Source: Candidatus Enterousia sp.
Lineage (GTDB): Bacteria; Pseudomonadota; Alphaproteobacteria; Rs-D84
Direction: 5' to 3'
Length of the DNA: 64,000 bases
NCBI GenBank assembly: GCA_045592905.1
Contig: JAZNVR010000001.1
Span: 16,219-80,218 of the forward strand
In this document: positions 20,909 through 31,051 of the stretch, in pieces
How the letters are laid out: each line of letters begins with the position of its first letter
Position numbering within the stretch: the first letter of the stretch is position 1
Position numbers and translations under genes: made by a program
The notes under the pieces: generated by a model
The model's input: only the letters and a program-made list of their open reading frames with translations
What the model was told of the DNA's origin: nothing
Databases searched by the model: none

Positions 20909-21106
20909 TTATTTCTTTTTAACAGATTTCTTTTTAGCAACTGTTTTTTTATTAGTTGGCTGTTTTACTTCCTTGACCTCTTTCTTAAATACTTTCAATC
21001 CATCAGCCAAATTTTTCATCATGCCTGGAATTTTATTTGAACCAAACAAAATAACAACCAGCACAACTATTATTAATATCTCTGCCCATCCTAAACGTCC
21101 AAACAT
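20909..21106 (-). CDS. tatA: twin-arginine translocase subunit TatA
   Basis: MFGRLGWAEILIIVVLVVILFG followed by an amphipathic helix and a Lys-rich tail. Start taken at the internal Met. Confidence 0.75.
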   Translation of the reverse strand: MFGRLGWAEILIIVVLVVILFGSNKIPGMMKNLADGLKVFKKEVKEVKQPTNKKTVAKKKSVKKK

Positions 21107-21120
21107 AATTTTACCTCTTA

Positions 21121-21882
21121 TTATTTTGTTATATAACAATCCAAGCCATCTGCTTTGGCATTACGGCAAAATCCGTTTGCGTCTGCAGAAGAATTAAACC
21201 CAACACGTAATCTGTATGTAGAAGTACCGTTTTTCAATTGTGCTGCCAATATAACAAACTGTTTGCCATTAAACAAACCTGCATGTGATTTTTGCATTTT
21301 TGCCTGTGCAGCCTCTGCCAATGCACGTGTGCTATAAGAACCAAATTGAACATACCAATTTGATACTGGGGCAACGTTCTGTGGTTTTGCCGTTACTTTT
21401 TTCGGTTTTGCCACAGTATTTTGTTTTGCCTTGGCCGGCTCAAACTTAACTTCCTTGCGATCCTGCACAACACGTACAGGCGACGTAACAGGCTGTGGTC
21501 TTGATTGAACCTGTGGTTCAGATTTCTTTTCTGGTACAGGTTCTGCAACTGGTGCTGGTGCAGTTACAACCGGTGCTGGTTTTGCTTTTTCTGGTACCGG
21601 TGCTGGTTTAACCGGTGGCATAACATTCATTTCCACAGGTGCCGCATCTTCAACCACTGCAACAGGTGCATCCAAATCCACTTCAATAGACGAAGACGAA
21701 TCACCACCAATTGAACGAATAATTATATATGATGACAATACAATTATCACCATTCCCAAAGTCAATAACAACCATGGTTTTTTTGGTTTTGGTGCAACGA
21801 ACGCAGGTACTTCTGGCAATGTATCTACGGCATTATTATCATCTAAATCTAATAAATCCAGGCTATTATCTTCGTTATTCAT
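21121..21882 (-). CDS. SPOR-domain cell-division protein (Pro-rich linker)
   Basis: N-terminal TM, a PAPV repeat linker, and a C-terminal SPOR domain. Confidence 0.6.
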   Translation of the reverse strand: MNNEDNSLDLLDLDDNNAVDTLPEVPAFVAPKPKKPWLLLTLGMVIIVLSSYIIIRSIGGDSSSSIEVDLDAPVAVVEDAAPVEMNVMPPVKPAPVPEKAKPAPVVTAPAPVAEPVPEKKSEPQVQSRPQPVTSPVRVVQDRKEVKFEPAKAKQNTVAKPKKVTAKPQNVAPVSNWYVQFGSYSTRALAEAAQAKMQKSHAGLFNGKQFVILAAQLKNGTSTYRLRVGFNSSADANGFCRNAKADGLDCYITK

Positions 21883-21962
21883 AACAAATATCTCCTATAA
21901 AATATACTCAGACATATTATATCATAAAAAAAGCAAATAACCAAACAGATATAAATAAAATT

Positions 21963-22106
21963 TTATTTTGGCATATTACCAAAGTTTGGCGGAACAATCA
22001 GTTTATGATTTTCTGCAACAATCGGTTCTACCTCGCATTTTTTTGTGCAACCAGAAACAATCACTGGTGTCAAAATCAAACAAATCAAGAATAATGTTTT
22101 TTTCAT
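21963..22106 (-). CDS. small lipoprotein (47 aa)
   Basis: MKKTLFLICLILTPVIVSGC lipobox. Below the ORF-track size cutoff. Confidence 0.25.
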   Translation of the reverse strand: MKKTLFLICLILTPVIVSGCTKKCEVEPIVAENHKLIVPPNFGNMPK

Positions 22107-22157
22107 ATTACTTCCTTTCTTTTGCTTTATGGGGCAGATTACCCTGCCCCATAAATT

Positions 22158-23891
22158 TTACAATGGCATCTTAATTGCATTTTGCATCATTTGAACAAAT
22201 TCAGACAGTGGAACTGTTTCCTGATTTTGCTGACCCAAACGACGCAGAGTAACCGTTTTATCTGCCATTTCTTTTTCACCGACAACTGCAACGATTGGTG
22301 TTTTTGCCAATGACAATTCACGAATTTTATAGTTTACCTTTTCATCACGCAAATCTGCACGTGTATTTACACCAACGCTGCGTAACGCAGACACAACTTC
22401 GTTTGCATAATCTGCATACTTTTCAGAAATTGGCGTGACAACAACAGGTTCTGGTGACAACCACAATGGTAAATGTCCACCTGTTGATTCTAACAATATT
22501 CCCATAAATCGTTCAATAGACCCCAATATCGCACGATGCAACATAATTGGACGATGTTTTTCGCCATCTTCACCGACATAACTTAAATCAAATCGTTCTG
22601 GCAAATTCATATCCAACTGTACCGTACCGCATACCCATACACGACCAATTGCATCACGCATTGAAATACCAATCTTTGGTCCATAGAATGCACCTTCGCC
22701 TTCTGCAACAGTGTAATTTGCATTTACAGATTTTAACGCATTATGTAATGTACTTTCTGCGAAGTCCCAAACCTCGTCAGAACCAATACGGAATTCAGAA
22801 TCCGGTCTTGTTTCCAACGTCATATGCAATTCATTAAAGCCCAGTGCGCTATAAACACTTTTTATCAGATTTAATGCCTTGGCAACTTCCTCTTCCATCT
22901 GTTCTTCGGTACAGAAAATATGAGCATCATCTTGCGTCATTTCACGCACACGCATCAACCCCGCCAACGAACCAGACGATTCATAACGATGAACCTTGCC
23001 AAATTCTGCCAGATACATTGGCAAATCTTTATATGATGTAATACCATGACCGAACACCAACATACCGCCCGGGCATGACATTGGCTTTACACAGAAATCT
23101 TTACCATCTTGTGTTTTACCCGCATAGTTATGCGATGCATATTTTGCCCAGTGACCACTGCGTTCCCACAATGCACGTTCCATAACAGTTGGTGTTGATA
23201 TTTCTAAATACCCTTCTCTATTCTGACGTTCACGTATAAAGTCAATCAATTTACGATATACTTTAAACCCTTTGTTATGCCAGAAAACAGAACCTGGTGC
23301 ATAATCTGGTTCAAAATGGAACAAGTCCATGTCACGACCCAGTTTTCTGTTATCACGTGCTGCGGCTTCTTCTTGCATTTTCAAGAACGCATCCAATTCT
23401 TCTTTGCTTGCAAATGCGTCAACATAAATACGTTGCAGCATTTTATTTTTTGCATTCCCCTTCCAGTATGCACCTGCAACACTGCGGATTTTGAATGCAT
23501 CCCTTGGTAAATCTTTGGAACTTTCCACATGTGGACCACGACACAAGTCAACAAAATCACGGAAAGTATAGATTGATAAATCTTTACCTGCGGCATCATA
23601 TTCGTTTAACCATTCCATTTTATATGGCTGAGATGCAAAAATTTCCTTGGCTTCATCCAAACTAACATTTCTTTGTTCAAAGCGACCATTAGACTTAATC
23701 AAATCACGCATTTCCTTTTCAATTTTTGCAAAATCTTCTTCGGAAAAACGATATTCCGTATCAAAGTCATAATAGAAACCATTTTCAATTGCCGGCCCCC
23801 CTGCGAATTTAACATCAGGGTGCAATTTTTTAACCGCTGCCGCCATAACGTGTGCCAACGAATGACGAATTATTTCAATATCATAAGACAT
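22158..23891 (-). CDS. thrS: threonine--tRNA ligase (lacks N-terminal TGS domain)
   Basis: N2 editing domain HSLAHVMA begins at residue 9. Class II catalytic core and anticodon-binding domain present. 577 aa. Confidence 0.9.
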   Translation of the reverse strand: MSYDIEIIRHSLAHVMAAAVKKLHPDVKFAGGPAIENGFYYDFDTEYRFSEEDFAKIEKEMRDLIKSNGRFEQRNVSLDEAKEIFASQPYKMEWLNEYDAAGKDLSIYTFRDFVDLCRGPHVESSKDLPRDAFKIRSVAGAYWKGNAKNKMLQRIYVDAFASKEELDAFLKMQEEAAARDNRKLGRDMDLFHFEPDYAPGSVFWHNKGFKVYRKLIDFIRERQNREGYLEISTPTVMERALWERSGHWAKYASHNYAGKTQDGKDFCVKPMSCPGGMLVFGHGITSYKDLPMYLAEFGKVHRYESSGSLAGLMRVREMTQDDAHIFCTEEQMEEEVAKALNLIKSVYSALGFNELHMTLETRPDSEFRIGSDEVWDFAESTLHNALKSVNANYTVAEGEGAFYGPKIGISMRDAIGRVWVCGTVQLDMNLPERFDLSYVGEDGEKHRPIMLHRAILGSIERFMGILLESTGGHLPLWLSPEPVVVTPISEKYADYANEVVSALRSVGVNTRADLRDEKVNYKIRELSLAKTPIVAVVGEKEMADKTVTLRRLGQQNQETVPLSEFVQMMQNAIKMPL

Positions 23892-24168
23892 AATAAAATA
23901 CCTTTACTTTTATTTAATTTTTTAAACTGATTTATTATAGAAATTTGTGCGGTTCACCGCAATAGAAATTACACCCCCAAAGGGGTTGTAGTTGTTGTAG
24001 TAAAGATAAATCTAAACAAATTCATGATTTATATACTATTACCACAAAATACAAAAGTCAACAAAAACCCGCCATACGGCGGATTTCTTGTTATTTATCT
24101 AATTTGTATAAATTTTAAACCAATCAATTTTAGAAATTTCTATATTTAGCCGTTTTTTGAAAAAAATC

Positions 24169-24196
24169 TTGACAAACGCAAATATTGTCTTATGAT
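24169..24196 (+). promoter_or_regulatory. sigma70-like promoter (TTGACA-N16-TATGAT)
   Basis: Near-consensus boxes. The annotated ATG at 24192 lies inside the -10 box, so translation probably starts at 24231. Confidence 0.5.
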
Positions 24197-24230
24197 ACAA
24201 ACACAAAATCTAAATAAAAAGGATTCCAAA

Positions 24231-24746
24231 ATGAATATACCAACAGATTGGTCTAAGATATCAGATGAAGAAGCATTAAAATATATCGCTTACTTAGATA
24301 AACACAGCTATAAATACAAAATAACTATGGACGAAAACAATATTATACACATTGGCAATGTCGCCAACATAGCGTATACATATAATAAAGCAATGGAATG
24401 TTCTGCAGTAAAAATAAATAATAAACATTTCTTTGCAGAATTTGATTGTCTATGCCCGTTTGATAAAGCATATGATTTATATCGCAAAATGCAACATAAG
24501 TTGCTGCCATTTAAAACCAAAGCAAAAGAATGGTGGGAAAATTATTATGATAAAGTATTGATTGCAACAATGTTGACATGTGCTATGGGGGGTATTTTAG
24601 TAAGCACAAAAATACTAAGCGATAATAACAAACGCAGCAAAGAACAATTTAAACAAGAAATCATAAATGAGGCACTGGAACGATTTAAACAAGAACAACA
24701 AAAAAATAATTCAACTATTCAATACCCTATACAGAAATCTAAATAA
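24231..24746 (+). CDS. hypothetical protein with C-terminal TM helix
   Basis: RBS AAAAAGGA precedes the ATG at 24231. Confidence 0.35.
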   Translation: MNIPTDWSKISDEEALKYIAYLDKHSYKYKITMDENNIIHIGNVANIAYTYNKAMECSAVKINNKHFFAEFDCLCPFDKAYDLYRKMQHKLLPFKTKAKEWWENYYDKVLIATMLTCAMGGILVSTKILSDNNKRSKEQFKQEIINEALERFKQEQQKNNSTIQYPIQKSK

Positions 24747-24792
24747 ATATTGACGCTATCATAAAACCAACAAATTCCCCATCCCACAGGGA

Positions 24793-24830
24793 GGGGATTT
24801 TATTTATCCAAAATACAGCGAAACAAAAAC
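24793..24830. repeat. left direct repeat flanking the DUF559 cassette (diverged copy of the hemolysin-III 3' end)
   Basis: GGGGATTTTATTTATCCAAAATACAGCGAAACAAAAAC matches 25276-25312. Its reverse complement encodes ...FLFRCILDK*. Confidence 0.7.
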
Positions 24831-24866
24831 ACACCGTAAAATTCCCCTCCTTGGGAGGGGTGGTGG

Positions 24867-25235
24867 CTATGCCACCAGGGAGGGTTTAAGTTTCTCAATA
24901 TTAAACTGTATCCACTCTAACACCCGTGGCATATCTTGTTTTACATCTTTATCTTCTATTCTCAATACGGTTATACCAATTGAACGCATATATTCATCAC
25001 GACCAACATCATACTCATATTTATCATCATGCGAAGAACCGTCAACCTCAACAACTAGTTTTAATTCCTTGCAATAAAAATCAGCAATATAATTCCCTAT
25101 TGGTTTTTGTTTAGTAAATTTTACCCCCAATGCAGAACGTTTTAATTCGTTCCACAATAACACTTCTGACAAAACACCCGCATGACGATTCATACGGGCA
25201 AAAACATTTAATTTTTTGTCATAAAGTTCAACCAT
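24867..25235 (-). CDS. DUF559 (Vsr/REase-like) endonuclease-domain protein
   Basis: 122 aa with a DUF559-like profile (…IADFYC…LVVEVDG…H…). Flanked by GC-rich palindromes. Confidence 0.6.
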   Translation of the reverse strand: MVELYDKKLNVFARMNRHAGVLSEVLLWNELKRSALGVKFTKQKPIGNYIADFYCKELKLVVEVDGSSHDDKYEYDVGRDEYMRSIGITVLRIEDKDVKQDMPRVLEWIQFNIEKLKPSLVA

Positions 25236-25275
25236 TAAATAACCCTCCCCGCCCTGCGGGCACCCCTCCGACGGT

Positions 25276-25312
25276 GGGGAATTTATTTATCTAAAATACA
25301 CCCGAACAAAAC
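25276..25312. repeat. right direct repeat (true 3' end of the hemolysin-III gene)
   Basis: GGGGAATTTATTTATCTAAAATACACCCGAACAAAAC. Its reverse complement encodes the genuine C-terminus ...VLFGCILDK*. Confidence 0.7.
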
Positions 25313-26053
25313 GGCAAAGAAAAAGCACACACTGCCACCAATTACGAACAGGTGCCAAATGCCATGTGAAAACTTCATACGACGCCATAAATAGAATGTT
25401 ACACCAATCGTATATGACAATCCACCCGCCAGAATAAACCATAAACCACGAATTGGAATATTACGAATCATGGCCGGCAATATAAACAATAATGTCCAAC
25501 CCATTGCAACATATAATGCAACCATCCAACGTGGCTGTTGTTTTGGATTTTTAATTTTCATATAAGAACCAAACAATACAATTCCCCATAAAATTGCAAA
25601 TACAACCCACCCAATAATTCCACGCAAATTCACCAACAAAAATGGCGTATATGTCCCTGCAATCAACGCATAAATCGCAACACTGTCCCATACTTCAAAG
25701 AAACACTCGTGCTTTTTACCAATTGTCGCATGACACATTGTTGAACCAAAATACAATGTTATCATTGTCACACCAAAAATCGCACATGACACAATTGCCC
25801 ATGGATCACCTTTTAAACTAGCAAACACAACTAATAATGTTAAAGCAGCAACCGCAAGCCCAATCCCAACACCATGCGTTAAAATATTAACAATTTCTTC
25901 TGCATGAGTAGATGGTTTTTCCCAACGAAACAACCCGGTTGCACGCAAAACCTTTAACAATTTTGATGCATGACTATCTTTCTTTACAGCCCTAATTCTG
26001 GCCCGTTTTTCCTTGGTCATTTTATCTTCCCCCCCTTTATATTTTAAAATCAA
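25283..26053 (-). CDS. hemolysin III / PAQR family channel protein
   Basis: Seven-TM hemolysin III profile. Confidence 0.7.
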   Translation of the reverse strand: MILKYKGGEDKMTKEKRARIRAVKKDSHASKLLKVLRATGLFRWEKPSTHAEEIVNILTHGVGIGLAVAALTLLVVFASLKGDPWAIVSCAIFGVTMITLYFGSTMCHATIGKKHECFFEVWDSVAIYALIAGTYTPFLLVNLRGIIGWVVFAILWGIVLFGSYMKIKNPKQQPRWMVALYVAMGWTLLFILPAMIRNIPIRGLWFILAGGLSYTIGVTFYLWRRMKFSHGIWHLFVIGGSVCFFFAVLFGCILDK

Positions 26054-26714
26054 CTAACTTTATCGGTTTTATATCTTTTTCATCAAATTCACCACGAGCA
26101 TTTGGTATTTTTCCAATATATTTTGGTTCCCCCATCATATCAATCAATGCCAAACGTTGTGATTCATAATGTCCAGAACCAAAAATTGCGAATACGGTAT
26201 CATACTTATTTAATGCTGTTGCAATATTTTCTAGCATAAATTTATCACGACCAAACTTATTTAACGTGCCACCCATTTCACCAAACTCTCCGGATGAACG
26301 CATCGGGGCTGTTCTTAAAATTTTACGTACAACACTTTCATCAAAAACATAATTTGGATAATGTGCCTGTAATACATCTTGCTTTTCTTTATGCGACAAA
26401 TCAGCAAACACAACAGGTATATTTTGTTTTGATGCCACAGCTGCTGCATAAATCAGCGTATTTGTTTGTGAATCATGCTTACCTACTTCACGACCTGCAT
26501 TTTCAAATTCCGTAATTAAAATATCCGGCTGCTTAAACTTTCCAGACTTAAAACAAAAATCTACCATATCAAACGATTCGTTTTCACCATGCCAGTCACA
26601 CATATACACCAGTGTTTTGCCATTTTTTTCAAACAATGCGACATACGCACCAGGATACATACGTTGTGCATCTTCCCATGCTTCTAACAAATCAAAATTT
26701 GGTTTAAATTGCAT
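26037..26714 (-). CDS. TraB/GumN family protein (putative)
   Basis: GRDKFMLENIA and FGSGHYESQ resemble TraB/GumN motifs. Confidence 0.35.
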   Translation of the reverse strand: MQFKPNFDLLEAWEDAQRMYPGAYVALFEKNGKTLVYMCDWHGENESFDMVDFCFKSGKFKQPDILITEFENAGREVGKHDSQTNTLIYAAAVASKQNIPVVFADLSHKEKQDVLQAHYPNYVFDESVVRKILRTAPMRSSGEFGEMGGTLNKFGRDKFMLENIATALNKYDTVFAIFGSGHYESQRLALIDMMGEPKYIGKIPNARGEFDEKDIKPIKLVDFKI

Positions 26715-28278
26715 TTTGCACCCTTTGTTTTACACGTTCCCCGCCCATAACTGTCATTATAGAATACAGGTCTGGTGTATTTGTACGGCCCGATAATGCC
26801 ACACGCAAATTCATCGCAACATCACCGTTTTTAACACCCAATGTTTCGGCCACTGCGACAATTTTTGCCCACCATGTGTCTTTATCATCTGCCGCATTAT
26901 ACGTTTCCAAAAACGCACGCAACGCATCCCGATTAAATTCATATTCTGTATTTGGCACAAACAATTCATCCCAGAAAAATGCAACATTTTCCAATGTCTG
27001 GGACCAAGTGATAAAGTCTTTACGTACACGCTTTGGATTATCACGTTCAATACCCAACACACCTGTCAGATATTTAACATCTGCAACCTGCATTTTGTTA
27101 ACATCTGTTCCATATTCATTTGCCCATTTAACAACACGTGCAACCAATTCTGGCACCGGCAGCGAACCGATAAATTCTTTGGCCCACCATTCCAGTTTTT
27201 TCATATCAAACAACGACCCAGATACCGGCATTTTCTTTGGACGCATTTCGTAATCCCAGAACGATTTAACCTGGCCCTTTACTTTTGCTTCTTCATATCC
27301 CGGTGCCAAAATATTTCCCAGATATTCAATCACAGATTCAACTGGCCAACCCGCTTCCAAGAAAAATGCAACATTTGCCTCTGGGTCTTTACGCTTTGAC
27401 AATTTTCTTTGCTTGCCTGTTTCTTCATCAATCTTATCCAATGTCGCAATATGAACATATGCAGGCAAATCCCAGCCCATCATACGAAACATCTGAACAT
27501 GCATTGCAAACGTTCCAAAATAAGACTCATCACGAACAACATGTGTTGTGTGCATAAAGTGATCATCACACAAGTGTGCAAAATGATACGTTGGCAACCC
27601 ATCCGTAGATTTAATTAAAACAGTATCTTCATTATGTTCTGGCACAGACAGCGACCCACGCACCGCATCTTTGCAGAAAATACGCTGTTCTGGATTACCA
27701 ACCGAATACAAACGAATTGACGGCACCAACCCCTTATCCAGATGTGCAATAATTTCTTCTTCGGTTAAATCCCTATCACGTGCAAATTCACCATAGATAC
27801 CAGTTGCAAAACCTGCCGCTTTTTGATTTTCACGAATTTCGTCCATTTCTTCCTGGGTTAAAAAGCACGGATATGCCAACCCACGTGCCAATAAATCTGC
27901 CGCCACAGAATGATAAATATCTTTACGTTCTGATTGATAATATGGTCCATACACCGGATCGTTTTCATACGTAATTCCAAATTCAGCCAACGAATTTATG
28001 ATAATATCAACTGCATCTTTATTTTCACGCTTTGTATCTGTATTTTCAATACGTAACAAGAACACACCACCTGACTGTTGTGCCAACTTATAACTAATCA
28101 GTGCACTATACAAATTACCCAAATGCATATAGCCTGTTGGACTGGGGGCGAATCGTGTCACTTTAACCCCTTCGCCCAGATTGCGTGGTGGGAATTTTTC
28201 TTCTAATTCTGCAACAGTATATTTTGGTGCACCGCCCAACACACGTGCGATTAAATCTTTTGATAAACCATTTCTCAT
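26704..28278 (-). CDS. gltX: glutamate--tRNA ligase (probably non-discriminating, given gatAB)
   Basis: SPTGYMHLGN (HIGH-type) and KLSKR (KMSKS-type) motifs. 524 aa. Confidence 0.85.
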   Translation of the reverse strand: MRNGLSKDLIARVLGGAPKYTVAELEEKFPPRNLGEGVKVTRFAPSPTGYMHLGNLYSALISYKLAQQSGGVFLLRIENTDTKRENKDAVDIIINSLAEFGITYENDPVYGPYYQSERKDIYHSVAADLLARGLAYPCFLTQEEMDEIRENQKAAGFATGIYGEFARDRDLTEEEIIAHLDKGLVPSIRLYSVGNPEQRIFCKDAVRGSLSVPEHNEDTVLIKSTDGLPTYHFAHLCDDHFMHTTHVVRDESYFGTFAMHVQMFRMMGWDLPAYVHIATLDKIDEETGKQRKLSKRKDPEANVAFFLEAGWPVESVIEYLGNILAPGYEEAKVKGQVKSFWDYEMRPKKMPVSGSLFDMKKLEWWAKEFIGSLPVPELVARVVKWANEYGTDVNKMQVADVKYLTGVLGIERDNPKRVRKDFITWSQTLENVAFFWDELFVPNTEYEFNRDALRAFLETYNAADDKDTWWAKIVAVAETLGVKNGDVAMNLRVALSGRTNTPDLYSIMTVMGGERVKQRVQNAI

Positions 28279-28324
28279 CTATATATTCCTTGTGTTTTTA
28301 ACACGCTAATTCTATACTAAATAT

Positions 28325-28945
28325 ATGGAAAAACAAGAAATAAGAACATTTGGTCGTCGTCATGGCAAGAAATTATCGCTGCGTCAACAAACACTGATTG
28401 ACGAATTATTACCAACCCTTGCCCCAGAAAATGGCGATATTTTGGAAATTGGATTTGGTGCTGGCGAACATTTACGTGATTTGGCACATGACAACCCACA
28501 AAAAATCATAATCGGTGCCGAACCATTTATGAACGGCGTGGCAAGTTTATTGTCTGCAATTACCGACGACAAAACGAATCGGGTACTGGATGAATACAAA
28601 AACATTCGCATCTGGGCAGATGATGTTCGTGATTTCTTACGTAAAACACAATCAAAATTTGAACAAATTTGGATACTGCATCCCGACCCATGGCCGAAAA
28701 GCCGTCATGAAAAACGCCGCCTGCTGTCTGCAGATTTTCTAAACATGTTATCAAAATATCTGACAAACAATGGCGAAATTATAATTGGCACAGACCACTG
28801 GGAATACTTTGATTGGATTCTGGACCAAATAAAACACACAAACCTGAACGCCACAATTCCAGACATGGAAATAATTCAGACCAGATATCAACATAAAAAC
28901 AAGGCCGGCACCACCGCACCAAAATATTTAGTTTTACATAATTAA
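28325..28945 (+). CDS. trmB: tRNA (guanine46-N7)-methyltransferase
   Basis: TrmB profile, with SAM-binding motif EIGFGAGEH. Confidence 0.8.
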   Translation: MEKQEIRTFGRRHGKKLSLRQQTLIDELLPTLAPENGDILEIGFGAGEHLRDLAHDNPQKIIIGAEPFMNGVASLLSAITDDKTNRVLDEYKNIRIWADDVRDFLRKTQSKFEQIWILHPDPWPKSRHEKRRLLSADFLNMLSKYLTNNGEIIIGTDHWEYFDWILDQIKHTNLNATIPDMEIIQTRYQHKNKAGTTAPKYLVLHN

Positions 28946-29718
28946 TAATTTATAAAAAATTTTGTTATCCGCACCAGTTCTGGACGAACGCTTTTCATTA
29001 ATCGCAAAACCTGCTCTATACGGCAGAAATCCTGACCCAGAATAAAATGCAAATCAAAATTATTATTAGAATCCCACGAATCCAACATTCCATAAATTCG
29101 CCCAACAAAATCAGACTTATCACCATCATCTTTGGTTAACACCAACGTTAACGCAGACGCATTTATTTTTTGCATACATAAAAACAATTCATTCCAATCA
29201 CCAGAATCTATATCTTCTAGTGATAATCCCAACGACAAATATTTATTAAAGAACAAATCATCTCGGATAACATGCGTTTGTTCAACCAATCCATCTAATG
29301 CAGAACGATGTAAAAACACCATTGCACCAGATGCACCACCCTTAAAACTATTATTTATAGCACCGGTTAAATCAGAAATTTGCGATTCGGAAACCTTTTT
29401 ATCATTCAAATAAAATCTTGCTAATATTTTGGCATTTGTTTTTTCAATCCATGGCCACAAGGTTAATACCATATTGGGTGCCACAGACACAATCGGCACA
29501 TTACGTTTAATAATAACATCTGCAACACGTGCCAGTTCCCCAGAATCAATTCCATCTTCACACCACATTGCAGCATTACTTGAAAAATCATCAAAAATTA
29601 TATTTTTATTTATCATAACACTTTCTACTTTATCATAAATATGATACAATAAAAACAGTAATGAGAAATAAATTTGATAATTTTTTACTTGGCACATTAT
29701 GGTTGTTAATATCAACAC
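28942..29718 (-). CDS. hypothetical protein
   Basis: No recognisable motif. The start is probably at the internal Met (MINKN). Confidence 0.3.
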   Translation of the reverse strand: MLILTTIMCQVKNYQIYFSLLFLLYHIYDKVESVMINKNIIFDDFSSNAAMWCEDGIDSGELARVADVIIKRNVPIVSVAPNMVLTLWPWIEKTNAKILARFYLNDKKVSESQISDLTGAINNSFKGGASGAMVFLHRSALDGLVEQTHVIRDDLFFNKYLSLGLSLEDIDSGDWNELFLCMQKINASALTLVLTKDDGDKSDFVGRIYGMLDSWDSNNNFDLHFILGQDFCRIEQVLRLMKSVRPELVRITKFFINY

Positions 29719-30545
29719 TGGGATTGTGTTTTTGGTTTAACATTCGGTTTGGTTTTAACCTGTTTTCTGCATCGCACTGGCAACATTTATCATACATGCA
29801 AGCAACACGTGCACAGATATCACCATCATTTTATATCTCGTTAATTATTGGCGTATTTTTTATGATACTTGGTTTATATATAGTTATACGTCCACGTTTT
29901 AGAAAAATAAATTTAACATCATCAACTACAGAAACAAAAAATACAACGGCACAACAAACACCTGTATCCCAAGATACCCAAGCATACGACAATTATCTTA
30001 GTCGTCCAAAGCGTCTAAACAACGATATACAACCGGCACCAGTTGCATCAAATCCTGTACCGTTCACAGCCCCAGTTATAACAAACAACACATCACCCCA
30101 GGCACCAGAAATACCACACAATTCACATGATTCAGAAATCCCAGAACTGCGTAATATATTTGAATCCACTGGATATATTGTAAAAAAACCATTAAAAATA
30201 CGTGGTGCTGAAATTCCCTTGGTTGCAATTGGTATAAATGAAACCGTTTGGATTGGTGCTTTTGACATTGAAACATCTACACTAAGAAGTGTAATTGACA
30301 CTATGCAACAAGTGTTTGCAGACACACTTGAAGACATTGAAATAAAAACTATTGGCTTTGTAATAAACGCATCTGACGCCACATCTCCAACGGCATCTGA
30401 TATATTAACATTTGCAACTTTATCTGATTTATATCAATATATGCATCAGCATCCAAACCCACCATCAGATGCCGAAACCACAGAAAATTTTGAGGCATTC
30501 TCAAATTATATAACCACAGTACTTGAATACATAGGACGATTATAA
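29661..30545 (+). CDS. hypothetical membrane protein (2 TM, Pro/Gln-rich linker, C-terminal globular domain)
   Basis: Hydrophobic N-terminus. First gene of three overlapping plus-strand ORFs. Confidence 0.35.
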   Translation: MRNKFDNFLLGTLWLLISTLGLCFWFNIRFGFNLFSASHWQHLSYMQATRAQISPSFYISLIIGVFFMILGLYIVIRPRFRKINLTSSTTETKNTTAQQTPVSQDTQAYDNYLSRPKRLNNDIQPAPVASNPVPFTAPVITNNTSPQAPEIPHNSHDSEIPELRNIFESTGYIVKKPLKIRGAEIPLVAIGINETVWIGAFDIETSTLRSVIDTMQQVFADTLEDIEIKTIGFVINASDATSPTASDILTFATLSDLYQYMHQHPNPPSDAETTENFEAFSNYITTVLEYIGRL

Positions 30546-31051
30546 TGCAAATGAACGCCAGCGTTGCAGAAAAAAAGATTTCCGAATTGGGCATGAAAGA
30601 TATGCCGCTGGCAGAACACAAACCCGTTGCGACACGTGTAAGTGCAAACTGGTTTTCAGAATACAAAAAATTATGCCGTAATTTTATGATAGAACTGTCA
30701 GATTGCATTGAAGAATTAGCGTTAATGAACATGTCCCAAGATGATTTTATGGATTTAATTATGGGCAAGAAAATCCCAGAAAACCTGTCTATACGATTTC
30801 GTATACCATTGGTCTGGGGGGGGGATTTAAGCATTGATAATATGTTCATGTGTAAAACATTTCCACATTCATACAATATGGACAGATTTATAATTATGCA
30901 AAGTGGTAACGACACAGTCTGGTTACCAGACCCACCGAAAAAAATCTATTTACCGGTCAGCACACTTAGTGGTGGTGATGGTGGAAATGGGACCGAAGAC
31001 AGATTAACAGAAACAATAGCATCACAAATTGTTGCGGATCGTGACATATAA
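30545..31051 (+). CDS. hypothetical protein
   Basis: Start overlaps the stop of the upstream gene (ATAATG). Confidence 0.35.
   Translation: MQMNASVAEKKISELGMKDMPLAEHKPVATRVSANWFSEYKKLCRNFMIELSDCIEELALMNMSQDDFMDLIMGKKIPENLSIRFRIPLVWGGDLSIDNMFMCKTFPHSYNMDRFIIMQSGNDTVWLPDPPKKIYLPVSTLSGGDGGNGTEDRLTETIASQIVADRDI

Noticed and set aside
22123-22152. Perfect 10-bp hairpin TATGGGGCAG/CTGCCCCATA downstream of thrS as a terminator
   Set aside because: No U-tract follows on the thrS strand. It may be a structural element, but it is not called as an intrinsic terminator.
24192-24230. ATG at 24192 as start of the 184-aa ORF
   Set aside because: It lies inside the TATGAT -10 box of a near-consensus promoter. 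The downstream ATG at 24231 has an RBS.
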